From Patescibacteria group bacterium (GTDB taxonomy: Bacteria; Bacteroidota; Ignavibacteria; Kapaibacteriales; Kapaibacteriaceae), in assembly GCA_044376225.1 (NCBI GenBank), contig JBILLF010000002.1:24192-88191 (forward strand): DNA of 64,000 nucleotides, written 5' to 3'. Within the stretch, counting starts at the first letter, position 1. Each line of letters opens with the position of its first letter. This document shows, piece by piece, positions 10,499-20,049 of this stretch. Below the pieces are notes generated by a model. It did not search any database and was not told where the DNA came from. It was given only the letters and a program-made list of their open reading frames with translations. The translations under genes and the position numbers were made by a program.

Positions 10499-13150
10499 CT
10501 ACAGTCCATGATCGGCGAGATCCCGACGCGCAAAGGCCAACGCCACGCGCAACGTCGGCAGGTCAACATCCTGTGTGAGGTGTTCACGAACATGACGCAG
10601 TTTGGCATAGCGGTGAAATCGGACATAGTCAAGCACTGTGGCATAGAGTTCATCATCGACAAGTCGTCCGCGTTCAGTAATAGTTCCCTGCTCAACAAGG
10701 TCCTCGATCAGCCGAGCCATGGCCGCCGGCCCCGTGTTGGCATCACGCACAAGGTCAGCTAATGTTGTGCCTGGCCGGCTCAGCAACTCCGCAACCTCCG
10801 GTGGTACGGACCGACCCGATGTTCGAGGGGAGACGGCCCCAACGGCACGCAAGGTCGCGAGTACATCCGCCCCATGGCGGGCGATGAAGAGTCCGCTGCC
10901 GTGTTCGCCCGGACGTAGCTCAGCAAATGTCTGCGGAGCATCGTGTGCCAGTTTCTCGAGTTCGGCATCCGTGGCCAGTGACTGTTCTCCGACGCCAGTT
11001 GCACTGGCAAGTCGCTCACGCATCGCAGCGAGGGAATCAAAACGTTCACGGTGCAAGTCTGGGGCATTCATCGCCTGCGATGTCCGTGTGTTGCGGCGCA
11101 GATCAAGCGGTCGAACAGTATGGTCGATCTGCTGAAGACCTTCTTCTGTGGCTCCGATCACAGGATACAGATCAGCGGTTCGAACCAGCCATCCCCTGTC
11201 CAGTGCCTCGTCGATCGCCTCTAGCACCTCGGCTTTGCTACGATCGGCAACTGCGCCCCAGCATTGCGCCCTATCGAGACGATACTCACGTACCTTGTCT
11301 GCGAGTACACCTCGCACAACATCGGTCACAACATTGCGTCCGAATCGCCCCCTAAGCTGCCATGCGGCGCTAATCACGGCACGAATCACTGGTGTCTGAC
11401 GGGTTGAAAGTGCTTTCGACGGAGTGCTGACAAGACATGACGAGCAGCGACCACAGCGAAGCGTGCCTGTGGCATCTCCAAAGTAGGAGAGGATGTAGTT
11501 CTGTTTGCATTGACGCGTCTCGGCGTAGCCGATCATAACATCGAGCTTGGCGATGGCTCTCTGCCGACGTTCGGCAATTGCTGCATGGTCGATTGGCAGA
11601 CTGGCTGCCGGCTGACGCGGACCAAGAACCAGAATGCCCCCTCCCGATTGCGGGGAACGGTAGCGAATCATCTGAGAAAGGTGCATGGCCGACAATGCAG
11701 CAGCAAGTTCTGCAGCGGCCACATCGCTGCGGCGCAGCATCTCTGTCAGGGGCAACTCTACTTCGCTGCCGACGGCAATCTGCTGCAACCGACGGACGAT
11801 CAGCTCAGTCGCCATACGCCGCTCCACAGGTGCGGCGGCAAGGTACTCGTCGAGCCGTGCATGCGTCGTGCGAAGCTCCACACGAGCCTGTCCGATGGCT
11901 GACGTTCTGACGATCAACCCGGCTCGCTCGAGAGCCGCTAGAGCGCCACTGGCCTGCGCAACGGAGATGTGCAGACCCGCCGCAAGACTTGTTGCATCGG
12001 CCATGACGGGGTCAGTCCCCGTTACTCCAATGGGTACGGTCAGACGCTGCGTGACAGCGCCGTATACATCCTGAATTGTTTTCGGCTCGGGATATGTACC
12101 GGCAATGAAAAAATCCATCAGCCGACGGTCTTCAGACTGGTAGAGCAGAATACAGTCCGCCGGCTTACCATCACGGCCAGCCCGGCCTGCCTCCTGGTAG
12201 TATGCTTCAACGGTCTGGGTAAGATCACAGTGAATGACGCTACGAACATTCGCTTTGTCGATCCCCATGCCGAAGGCATTTGTGGCCACCAGCACATCGA
12301 GATCTCCCGAGATAAACCTGTCCTGCACCTCTGCACGCCGCTGCGGCATGAGACCGGCGTGATAAGCTTCAACGCGGACCGCACGCTTGCGGAGTTCATC
12401 GGCGATCGTTTCGACACGGCGTCGTGAGCCACAGTAAATGATCGTACTTGCTCCAGGATTCGACCGCACGTATCGCGTAATGAACTCGACCTTTGATGCT
12501 GTCACCTCAACCTGAAAGGTCAGGTTAGGACGGTGGAACCCACGGACGATATCTAGGTGCTGCTTCAGGCCGAGAGCGACGGCAATATCCTGGCGGACAT
12601 CTGGCGTGGCTGTTGCCGTGAGCGCAACCATGGGGACGCGAGATCGAACATCAAAGATCGTTGGTATGCGTCGGTAGCTTGGCCGAAAATCATGTCCCCA
12701 TTCACTGACGCAGTGTGCTTCATCAATGGCCAGTAAGCTCAGCGGTATTGGCTGTAATGCCCGACGAAACGAGGCCGATTCAAGACGCTCAGGGGCCACG
12801 TACAGCAGTTTGAGCTTCCCGGCCTGGGCCTGGCGAAGGGTAGTATTAATCACCTCGTCTGGCATTCCAGAATGAATACAGGCAGCGGCAACGCCTCGCT
12901 CAGCAAGACGCTGGGTCTGATCCTGCATCAAGGCGATAAGGGGCGAGATGACGAGTGTTGTGTGCGGAAAGATCAGAGCTGGGACTTGGTAACACAGTGA
13001 CTTTCCGCCTCCGGTTGGCAGCACGCCAACAACGTCGCGACCAGAGAGCACAGCCCGCACGATGTCGTCTTGACCGTCCCGAAAATTCTCATGTCCGAAG
13101 ACATCGCACAGAATGGCTCGTGCACGCTCGAACATGGTCCCGTCCCTCAA
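10499..13150 (-). CDS. recQ: ATP-dependent DNA helicase RecQ (long form with zinc/RQC, HRDC and an extended C-terminal region)
   Basis: FGHENFRDGQ...LPTGGGKSLCYQ (motif I), DEAHCVSEWGHDFRP (DEAH), RQC zinc cluster C...CGRCSSC, and an HRDC-like segment. At 883 aa it is longer than typical RecQ. Confidence 0.8.
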   Translation of the reverse strand: MRDGTMFERARAILCDVFGHENFRDGQDDIVRAVLSGRDVVGVLPTGGGKSLCYQVPALIFPHTTLVISPLIALMQDQTQRLAERGVAAACIHSGMPDEVINTTLRQAQAGKLKLLYVAPERLESASFRRALQPIPLSLLAIDEAHCVSEWGHDFRPSYRRIPTIFDVRSRVPMVALTATATPDVRQDIAVALGLKQHLDIVRGFHRPNLTFQVEVTASKVEFITRYVRSNPGASTIIYCGSRRRVETIADELRKRAVRVEAYHAGLMPQRRAEVQDRFISGDLDVLVATNAFGMGIDKANVRSVIHCDLTQTVEAYYQEAGRAGRDGKPADCILLYQSEDRRLMDFFIAGTYPEPKTIQDVYGAVTQRLTVPIGVTGTDPVMADATSLAAGLHISVAQASGALAALERAGLIVRTSAIGQARVELRTTHARLDEYLAAAPVERRMATELIVRRLQQIAVGSEVELPLTEMLRRSDVAAAELAAALSAMHLSQMIRYRSPQSGGGILVLGPRQPAASLPIDHAAIAERRQRAIAKLDVMIGYAETRQCKQNYILSYFGDATGTLRCGRCSSCLVSTPSKALSTRQTPVIRAVISAAWQLRGRFGRNVVTDVVRGVLADKVREYRLDRAQCWGAVADRSKAEVLEAIDEALDRGWLVRTADLYPVIGATEEGLQQIDHTVRPLDLRRNTRTSQAMNAPDLHRERFDSLAAMRERLASATGVGEQSLATDAELEKLAHDAPQTFAELRPGEHGSGLFIARHGADVLATLRAVGAVSPRTSGRSVPPEVAELLSRPGTTLADLVRDANTGPAAMARLIEDLVEQGTITERGRLVDDELYATVLDYVRFHRYAKLRHVREHLTQDVDLPTLRVALAFARRDLADHGL

Positions 13151-13153
13151 CCG

Positions 13154-14143
13154 TCAGGCGGTGGCTATATGGCCGAGCACGAAGGAGCCCTCATCACGCG
13201 TAGCGCCCAGAACGGTGTCGGCATGGTCAGGATGCACGATCATGATCATGCCCACTCCGAGATTGAAGACGTGTCGCATTTCCTCCTCCTCAATCAGTCC
13301 GGCGTGCTGAACAAGTCGGAAGATCTCGGGAACGTTCCACGAGCCCCATTCAATCTGTAGAGACTGTCCAGGCTGGAGGATCCGAGACGTATTGCCGACG
13401 ATTCCACCGCCTGTGATGTGGGAGAGTCCAGAGATGAGGTCCGCATCAAGAAGCGGCGAGATGACCTTCAAGTATGATGCGTGAACTGCCAGCAGAGCCT
13501 CTGCCACGGTCATGCCGATGGCATCAACGTACTGATCAATGCGATAGGTCGGGAACAGGGCCGCACGAGCCAGAGAAAAGCCGTTGGTATGCAGGCCCGT
13601 CGATGGCAATCCGATCAGCACATCGCCAACGGCCACACGACTGCCGTTCAGGATCTTGGGCTTGTCAACCACACCGACGATCGTGCCGGCAACATCGTAA
13701 TCTCCATCTTTATAGAGTGACGGCATCTCGGCCGTCTCACCGCCAAGCAGGGCTGCACCATTCTGCAGGCAGGCCTCAGCCATGCCTTTGATGACATCAC
13801 GCGCAACACCGCGCTCTAGACGTCCCGTGGCGAAGTAGTCGAGGAAGAAGAGGGGGCGAGCACCGCAGGCGAGAATGTCGTTAACACAGTGATTGACAAG
13901 GCACTGCCCCACCGTATCATGTTTACCAGCCATGATGGCGACATTAAGCTTCGTGCCTACACCATCAGTGCTAGCGACCAGGACCGGGTGCTGATGATCA
14001 GGAAACCGCGCATCAAAAAAGCCACCGAACAGACCGATTTCACTCAGAACACCGGCTGTGCGTGTGGCCTTGACGAAGGGCTTGATGTCATCAACGAGGG
14101 CTTCTCCGGCCTCGATGTCAACACCGGCTGATTTGTAATCCAT
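13154..14143 (-). CDS. purM: phosphoribosylformylglycinamidine cyclo-ligase (AIR synthetase)
   Basis: MDYKSAGVDIEAGE...GIGLFGG...STDGVGTKL are PurM family signatures. Confidence 0.85.
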   Translation of the reverse strand: MDYKSAGVDIEAGEALVDDIKPFVKATRTAGVLSEIGLFGGFFDARFPDHQHPVLVASTDGVGTKLNVAIMAGKHDTVGQCLVNHCVNDILACGARPLFFLDYFATGRLERGVARDVIKGMAEACLQNGAALLGGETAEMPSLYKDGDYDVAGTIVGVVDKPKILNGSRVAVGDVLIGLPSTGLHTNGFSLARAALFPTYRIDQYVDAIGMTVAEALLAVHASYLKVISPLLDADLISGLSHITGGGIVGNTSRILQPGQSLQIEWGSWNVPEIFRLVQHAGLIEEEEMRHVFNLGVGMIMIVHPDHADTVLGATRDEGSFVLGHIATA

Positions 14144-14175
14144 AACTGGGGCAGGTGAAAATGATGCGAACCCGG

Positions 14176-14946
14176 TTATCTGACCGGTTCCCAGTCATCT
14201 GACAGGGAGCGTCCGCGAAACAGAACGCTGAGCGAGTTGATCGCCCATGTCATAAGAACCCGAAAATACCCAAACTTGCGGAACCGTCTTGGAGACTCAT
14301 AGACGAGCAGATCGGGCGCAAAGAGCACACGTCCTTTGATACCGACGCGGGCAAGCAGGTCAAAGTCCTCACCGGCAACGAGGTGATCTTTGTAGCCTCC
14401 CACTGCTTTGAACATCTTAGTCCGGACCACCTGACATTCACCACGTCCGGCCCCTATGCGCAGAACCGTCAGAAGACTGATATAGGCATTGTACACTCGA
14501 TGGAACACCTTATCGGCAAAGCGCTCTTCTTCCGGCCGGAACCGAACATGGCACGAAAGTGCAGAGGCTCTGGCATATGGTCCGCTGCGGTAGGCGAAAC
14601 CCTCGATCACGTCAGTGAACTGCTCGATCGATGCCGGAACCGTATCGCCATTAATGAACACAAGGACCGTTCCGCGGGCAACCTGTGCCCCACAGTTGCG
14701 TCCCTCGGCGATGGTCTGCTTGCGCGGGTCCGTGTGGCGAACAAGCACGTCAGCGTGACGTTCTGCAATCTGCAGAGTCGAATCGGTACTTCCTCCGTCG
14801 CTGATGATCAGCTCGGCCTTGTGGATAAGACGCCACTGCCTGTCAAAGGCCGACAACGTCTGCTCAAGTAGCTTCTCTTCCTGATACGTCGGAACGATGA
14901 TGCTCAAAACGATTCCGTCGCGACCGGCTGCATCGGTGGTGCTCAT
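14176..14946 (-). CDS. family 2 glycosyltransferase
   Basis: LSIIVPTYQEE...DGGSTDST and a DxD-like GDT are GT-A fold signatures. Confidence 0.6.
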   Translation of the reverse strand: MSTTDAAGRDGIVLSIIVPTYQEEKLLEQTLSAFDRQWRLIHKAELIISDGGSTDSTLQIAERHADVLVRHTDPRKQTIAEGRNCGAQVARGTVLVFINGDTVPASIEQFTDVIEGFAYRSGPYARASALSCHVRFRPEEERFADKVFHRVYNAYISLLTVLRIGAGRGECQVVRTKMFKAVGGYKDHLVAGEDFDLLARVGIKGRVLFAPDLLVYESPRRFRKFGYFRVLMTWAINSLSVLFRGRSLSDDWEPVR

Positions 14947-15923
14947 ATCGGCACCACAATGGCAAAGGGATACAGGACGCCGAATCGGACCCCGTCATCG
15001 CCGAACTCTAGTGTCGGCCCGGGAAGCCGGATGTAGTTCAACCCCTGTCGAATGTAGTTAAGGGCGCCAATTGATGACTCGGGTATGATCTTGAGCCAGT
15101 CGTAATCCAGGCCAATCATCATGCGCCTTTTGACCGGCAGCATGGGTCCGTCGGGCAGAGAACTCCGCACCTCATAGTCCCGGCAGCCGTATCCGATACT
15201 GATGGTCATCCAATCAGGCCAGTGCGCTGCCCACCTCGCAGGCAACATGTTCTCGATGTTGAAGTTCAGCCAGAACGTCGTCGCGTTGTAATCATCAAAA
15301 ATTGTCAGGGGGCGCTCAGTCGTTGCCCGATCACCTACCAGAGGAGCCGGCACATAACTCCAGCGCGGGGTCACATTCTGCAGCTCGGGAACAAAATTCC
15401 GGACGGCGTAGAACGTGGCACCAGCGAGATTCGAAAGAGCATCCGATGGAGAGAAGCCCCATGTGACAGCATAGCCGTCCTGTATCTCAACCATGGTCAT
15501 GTAGGCAAGGCCAAAGGATGCACCCAACCACGTCGACGCGGTATAGTCGAAGCCGCATTCCATCAAGGCATCCCCCATGATAGTACTCATGGTAAAGCCA
15601 GTGAAGAAATGTCCAGCTTTATCCAGGTAACGTGAGTAGTCCCCGTCTTCCTGAACGTGAAAAGCCCCTCCGCGCTGCCACCACGAGCTAGACATCTGCG
15701 CCTGTAGACCGACGATCAGCCCGGTATAGGCAGCGCCGATAACAGCAGTCGGTATAATCTGAATATCCGTAACCCGGCGCGGCGTACCACCCGTAAATGT
15801 GTACCTGGGCCTACCGGCATCGGTGAACTCTGTCCGAGACAGGTACAGCGAGTCGTTGGTCTGTGCCGACGCCGGATACCCGGCCACAATCAGCAAGCAG
15901 AGCAGTACACTACATCTCATCAA
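14943..15923 (-). CDS. hypothetical secreted protein (signal peptide; Trp/Tyr-rich, possibly outer-membrane associated)
   Basis: N-terminal signal peptide MMRCSVLLCLLIVAGYPASAQ. I recognise no catalytic motif. It overlaps the neighbouring genes on both sides by 4-14 nt. Confidence 0.4.
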   Translation of the reverse strand: MMRCSVLLCLLIVAGYPASAQTNDSLYLSRTEFTDAGRPRYTFTGGTPRRVTDIQIIPTAVIGAAYTGLIVGLQAQMSSSWWQRGGAFHVQEDGDYSRYLDKAGHFFTGFTMSTIMGDALMECGFDYTASTWLGASFGLAYMTMVEIQDGYAVTWGFSPSDALSNLAGATFYAVRNFVPELQNVTPRWSYVPAPLVGDRATTERPLTIFDDYNATTFWLNFNIENMLPARWAAHWPDWMTISIGYGCRDYEVRSSLPDGPMLPVKRRMMIGLDYDWLKIIPESSIGALNYIRQGLNYIRLPGPTLEFGDDGVRFGVLYPFAIVVPI

Positions 15924-17268
15924 CCTGAACGCTCATATTCACGACGCTCTTGTCGAGAAGAGCCGGAAAGTATGCCACGACGTCGCTGGGCTTCGGACGT
16001 CCGCCGGAGAACCCAGTCACGCTCGGCGGACCTGTCAAGATTAGCGGTGCGATCTCCTTCGCAAAGGCTTCAACGCTGCGCTTGTCATGTCCACGAACGC
16101 CGATTCGCATCATCACTTCATTTGGAACGATTGGCTGTGCGATCGAACCGTGACAGGCGTTCATACCGACGTACTCCGTGCGGATCTCATCAAATGAGAG
16201 CCCCAGCATTTCAAGTCTCTGGCGGAGGATCCGGTCAGCAGCCTGGGCCTTCTCGTAGGCATCAGGTGCGGAATACGTCAGCGAACCAAAGGCAACGAAT
16301 CCATCAAGGTATGATGCACTGACCTTGTAGGTTGGGGTAAACGGTCGGCCCTTGATCCCGAAGACCCGCACACGATCGTGGCCGAGATCCTCGAGACAGA
16401 TCGACGAAAAGTCAGCAATACAGTCGGGTGTGATGTAGGCTGTTGGATCGCCAATCTCGTACATCAGCTGTTCACTGACTGTCTCTCGACTTACCCGGCC
16501 TCCGGTTCCTTCATGCTTGGTCACCACGAACGTCCCATCTGGATAGGCCTCAATGATGGGGAAACCAACATCTGCCATGTTCGGCAGCGACCGCCAATCA
16601 CCGAGGAAGTTTCCTCCGCTGGCCTGCGCACCACACTCGTTGATGTGTCCGGCCACGGTACCTGCCGCCAGCAGATCCCAGTCGTGCTCGCCCCACCCGA
16701 ACTCATGGATCATCGGCGCAAGCGTAAGACCCGTGTCGGTAGTGCGCCCCGTGATGATGATCTGCGCACCGGCACGCAGAGCCTCGACCACCGGCCAGGC
16801 ACCCGTGTACACGTTCGCGCTGAGGAGCTTATCCTTCACCGCGGAAATCGGCTCACCCGTCTCCATGTGCCGAAGCTCATGTCCGTCAGAAACCAGTGCG
16901 TCAATTTCCGGCAGGATATCGTCGCCGAGGACCACGCCAATCTTCAAACCGGTAATTCCGAGCTTGCGAGCTACTTCAAAGATGCGGTCACGGGCGGCCA
17001 GCGGGTTGACTCCGCCACCGTTGGTAATAAGCGTGATACCTTTTTCTACAATCGTAGGTAGGATCTGCTCACAGACATCGATCAGGTCCTTGGCGTACCC
17101 AAGTTCCGGATTGCGCATGCGCTGCTTCTGCAGGATCGACATTGTCACTTCAGCAAGGTAATCCATGACGAGGTAGTCAATCGGACCACGCGTGACTTGT
17201 TCATAGGGGGCTTTCTGGAGATCGCCCCAGAAGCCCTGCCCCGAAGCAATACGTATAGAGTTCTTCAT
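15910..17268 (-). CDS. AtuA-like protein (DUF1446 family; acyclic terpene utilisation AtuA homologue)
   Basis: The N-terminus IRIASGQGFWGD and the overall length (about 450 aa) match DUF1446/AtuA-like proteins. Confidence 0.55.
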   Translation of the reverse strand: MKNSIRIASGQGFWGDLQKAPYEQVTRGPIDYLVMDYLAEVTMSILQKQRMRNPELGYAKDLIDVCEQILPTIVEKGITLITNGGGVNPLAARDRIFEVARKLGITGLKIGVVLGDDILPEIDALVSDGHELRHMETGEPISAVKDKLLSANVYTGAWPVVEALRAGAQIIITGRTTDTGLTLAPMIHEFGWGEHDWDLLAAGTVAGHINECGAQASGGNFLGDWRSLPNMADVGFPIIEAYPDGTFVVTKHEGTGGRVSRETVSEQLMYEIGDPTAYITPDCIADFSSICLEDLGHDRVRVFGIKGRPFTPTYKVSASYLDGFVAFGSLTYSAPDAYEKAQAADRILRQRLEMLGLSFDEIRTEYVGMNACHGSIAQPIVPNEVMMRIGVRGHDKRSVEAFAKEIAPLILTGPPSVTGFSGGRPKPSDVVAYFPALLDKSVVNMSVQVDEM

Positions 17269-17278
17269 GTGCTGTTGT

Positions 17279-17857
17279 TTAGTCCTGCCCCGCTGAAGGG
17301 CCATTCTCGTGGATCACGGCTGACGTTGACTGACGAAGACGAAGTGCGACAATTTCCCGACGGAACGGGAAAATACGAAAGGCCACGCGCTGACCCTGCC
17401 CGTGAGTGAGTTGAATGGTGACCCAGAACCGGGCGCGGCGAAACTCCACGTCGGTGAGCTCGTCGTACAGCACCACGATTGGACCTGGGCGCACAAGCGG
17501 CCGGACGACAATACTCTGAGTACGAAGGCGCGTGCGCTGGAAACGCAAGCGCAGAAGGATCTGGAGCATCTGTACGCCCCCTACCAGAGGGAGGGCATAC
17601 CGAAACACCGTTGGGGGCTGGGCATTGTAGCATACGATGCCGATACCAGCTGTGACCAGCAAACCGAGCAGCGACAGCAGAATTCCCGGAGCACTATACA
17701 GCAGAAGAAGGTCTTCACCGGATCGACGCCTGCGCAGTTCGAGATCATCCAATACTTGCCGGAAGGCCAGGGCGCCGAAGAGCAACACGGAAAAGGCGAA
17801 GGCCACATACGCCCCATGCTGGAACACAGTCCAGTGATCGTATTCAGTAAACATCAT
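17279..17857 (-). CDS. membrane protein with two N-terminal TM helices and a C-terminal bacterial PH-like (YdbS/YdbT-type) domain
   Basis: Two hydrophobic segments (AYVAFAFSVLLFGALAF and LLSLLGLLVTAGIGIV) are followed by a soluble region of about 110 aa. Its stop lies 8 nt from the AtuA-like start. Confidence 0.4.
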   Translation of the reverse strand: MMFTEYDHWTVFQHGAYVAFAFSVLLFGALAFRQVLDDLELRRRRSGEDLLLLYSAPGILLSLLGLLVTAGIGIVCYNAQPPTVFRYALPLVGGVQMLQILLRLRFQRTRLRTQSIVVRPLVRPGPIVVLYDELTDVEFRRARFWVTIQLTHGQGQRVAFRIFPFRREIVALRLRQSTSAVIHENGPSAGQD

Positions 17858-17945
17858 TTCGTTACATTTTTTTGGTATCGCAAGAGGTGTTTTCCATCAT
17901 ATTTGTGCTGACTCTTCCTCTTTTGAACACGATCCATCCACGGTC

Positions 17946-18968
17946 ATGGATCAACTCGCGCAACGGTTACACCAGGAACGCCTTCGTCGCGGCCTTACTA
18001 CCTTCGAGCTCGCCGAGAGAACGAAGATACGGGAACCGTACATCCAGGCGCTTGAGTCAGGGACCTACAACGTTCTTCCTTCCGTTTACGTTCGCTCATT
18101 CATCCGCACCCTCGGCACCGAGCTTGGCATTGCGCAACCGGAAGTCTCCCGCCTCATCGCACAGTGTATCGATGCTACCGGCGGAGCAACCTCCACACGT
18201 CATCAACAGAGTTCCGACGCTGCATCTGTGGTCACCGCAGGGGAGAAATCACCTGACCCATTGCTCACCTTCATTGACGAAACCCGTTCAATGGTCAAAC
18301 AGCGGAGTGCTGAGCTCACAACGTTGGTCTTGCGTGACGCTCGGAAAAGACGTTTGATCGCAATCGGTTTGGTCGTCCTAGCCGCATCCGTTTGGTGGTA
18401 TTGGAACAGTTCACGAAACACTCCCGCTACATCGGTTCCTCCCGAAATTGTAGACATCTCAAATGCGGCCGAACAAGACAGTCTTATCCTGACGGCAATA
18501 GCAACAGACACCGCAGAACTCACACTTACCATTGATGGAGTACGTAGCTTCAAGACGATGCTGCTTCCAGAGACTGACTACCGCTGGAGTGCGATCAAAC
18601 GCTTTACGATAAGCAACATTTTTAATGCAGGTGCATTACAGTTTTCTAGGGATGGCAAGCCCCTTCCTGTTTACGGGAAACGGGGCGAAGTACTGCGCGA
18701 ACTCGTGATTACTCGCACCGAGGTTACTGCTTCGAACTCTTCGGTCAAGGTTCTTACACCGGCCAGTACCGAATCCATGCGTAGGGACTCCATACGGGAA
18801 CAACAGCGCAGAGATTCCATCCGTGCGGTGCGTAAAAAGGAAGATGCCAAGCGCAAAGAGGAGGTCGGTGCACGACGGCCACAACGGGCTAAGAGTGCAG
18901 CGAAATCACGACGCAATCGTCAGAATGAGGCACCTATTCTGCGTCCGCCTCCGAGAGCTGTTCGCTAG
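17946..18968 (+). CDS. rodZ: RodZ-like cytoskeleton protein (HTH XRE domain, single TM, C-terminal DUF4115-like domain, basic Arg/Lys-rich tail)
   Basis: N-terminal helix-turn-helix (LRRGLTTFELAERTKIREPYIQALESG), one TM segment (LIAIGLVVLAASVWWYW) and a periplasmic C-terminal domain. Confidence 0.55.
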   Translation: MDQLAQRLHQERLRRGLTTFELAERTKIREPYIQALESGTYNVLPSVYVRSFIRTLGTELGIAQPEVSRLIAQCIDATGGATSTRHQQSSDAASVVTAGEKSPDPLLTFIDETRSMVKQRSAELTTLVLRDARKRRLIAIGLVVLAASVWWYWNSSRNTPATSVPPEIVDISNAAEQDSLILTAIATDTAELTLTIDGVRSFKTMLLPETDYRWSAIKRFTISNIFNAGALQFSRDGKPLPVYGKRGEVLRELVITRTEVTASNSSVKVLTPASTESMRRDSIREQQRRDSIRAVRKKEDAKRKEEVGARRPQRAKSAAKSRRNRQNEAPILRPPPRAVR

Positions 18969-18988
18969 TAAAGGTTACGTAGAGTGAT

Positions 18989-19969
18989 CTACCCTGCCAT
19001 CTGAGCACGGACTACGTCGTGCAAACGAATTACGCCCTGTAGAGTGTTTGCTCCCACATCAACGACAGGTAGTACCGAAATAGCGCGCTCTTGCGTCTCC
19101 ATCTTTTGCAATGCTTCATACAGCGAGGCATTACACTCTATGGTAGTGGGCGTCATGGTCATCACCTGGTCAACGCTCATTGACGACAACACCGCACCGC
19201 GTTCTACGAGCCGACGCACATCGCCATCTGTTAGAATTCCACACAGTCTGTTTTCGTCCCCCACCACGCATACTATCCCGAGAGCATGCTTGTCAAGCAT
19301 GTGAACAGCTGCCTCCAGGGTAGCCCCCTTTGAAACGACTGGTAGTTGACCTCCAGAATGCATGTGATCGTCCACGCAAAATCTCAGGAGTGATCCAATC
19401 GAGCCGTTTGGATGCGTTTTCGAAAGGACTTCTAATGTGTCTGGTTTTGCATGGGCAACAGCCATTACCAACAAATCCGCCACAATCATCGCGGCTGTCG
19501 TACTTGCCGTCGGAAGAATATTCATTCTGTCATACTCCTGATCAATAGGAGCAAGAAGTGTGATGTTCGAACGCTTTGAGATCGTTGATCCTCGGCGCGC
19601 AGTTACACAGATAACTGCTCCATTATCTTCAGGCAGAACCTCGATGAGGTTGATCAATTCACGAGTATCACCACTCTTCGAAAACACCACCAGCACAGCC
19701 CCATTGGCTACCGCTCCAAGATCACCATGCATTGCATCAACTGCGTGAATGAATGTAGCTGGAACTCCGAGACTCGTAAGAGATGCGGCAAACTTTCGCG
19801 CAACAAAACCCGACTTCCCGATCCCCGACGTAACGATCGAGGATGCCGCAAGTATCGAATCAACTGCGCGTGCGAACTCCTCGTCGAGGTTCTGTTCGAT
19901 AAGATCAATTGAGCGCCGTTGAAGCCTTAGTGCTTCACGCACATCATTGGTAAGTGGCGACAGATTCAT
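18989..19969 (-). CDS. kdsD: arabinose-5-phosphate isomerase (KpsF/GutQ/KdsD family: SIS domain plus tandem CBS domains)
   Basis: SIS motif (VTSGIGKSGFVARKFAASLTSLGVPATFIH...VFSKSGDTRE) and C-terminal CBS pair. Confidence 0.75.
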   Translation of the reverse strand: MNLSPLTNDVREALRLQRRSIDLIEQNLDEEFARAVDSILAASSIVTSGIGKSGFVARKFAASLTSLGVPATFIHAVDAMHGDLGAVANGAVLVVFSKSGDTRELINLIEVLPEDNGAVICVTARRGSTISKRSNITLLAPIDQEYDRMNILPTASTTAAMIVADLLVMAVAHAKPDTLEVLSKTHPNGSIGSLLRFCVDDHMHSGGQLPVVSKGATLEAAVHMLDKHALGIVCVVGDENRLCGILTDGDVRRLVERGAVLSSMSVDQVMTMTPTTIECNASLYEALQKMETQERAISVLPVVDVGANTLQGVIRLHDVVRAQMAG

Positions 19970-19989
19970 AGCTACGAATATGTGCAGAA

Positions 19990-20027
19990 AATGAAAAGCC
20001 CCCGACGCTGAAGCGCCGAGGGCTTTA
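19990..20027 (-). terminator. rho-independent terminator candidate for the 20050..24765 gene (minus strand)
   Basis: Hairpin AAAAGCCC...GGGCTTT. Read on the minus strand it is followed by TTTTCATTTTCT. Confidence 0.5.
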
Positions 20028-20049
20028 TGATTGCTACGCTGATAGCGGT

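Noticed and set aside
16378-17161. Plus-strand ORFs of 227 and 202 aa antisense to the AtuA-like gene
   Set aside because: Shadow ORFs with low-complexity Arg/Ser/Pro-rich translation.
17858-17945. Bacteroidetes-type TAnnTTTG promoter motifs in the divergent AT-rich gap
   Set aside because: Only imperfect matches were found (TATTTG, TACATTTTT). That is insufficient to call a promoter confidently.
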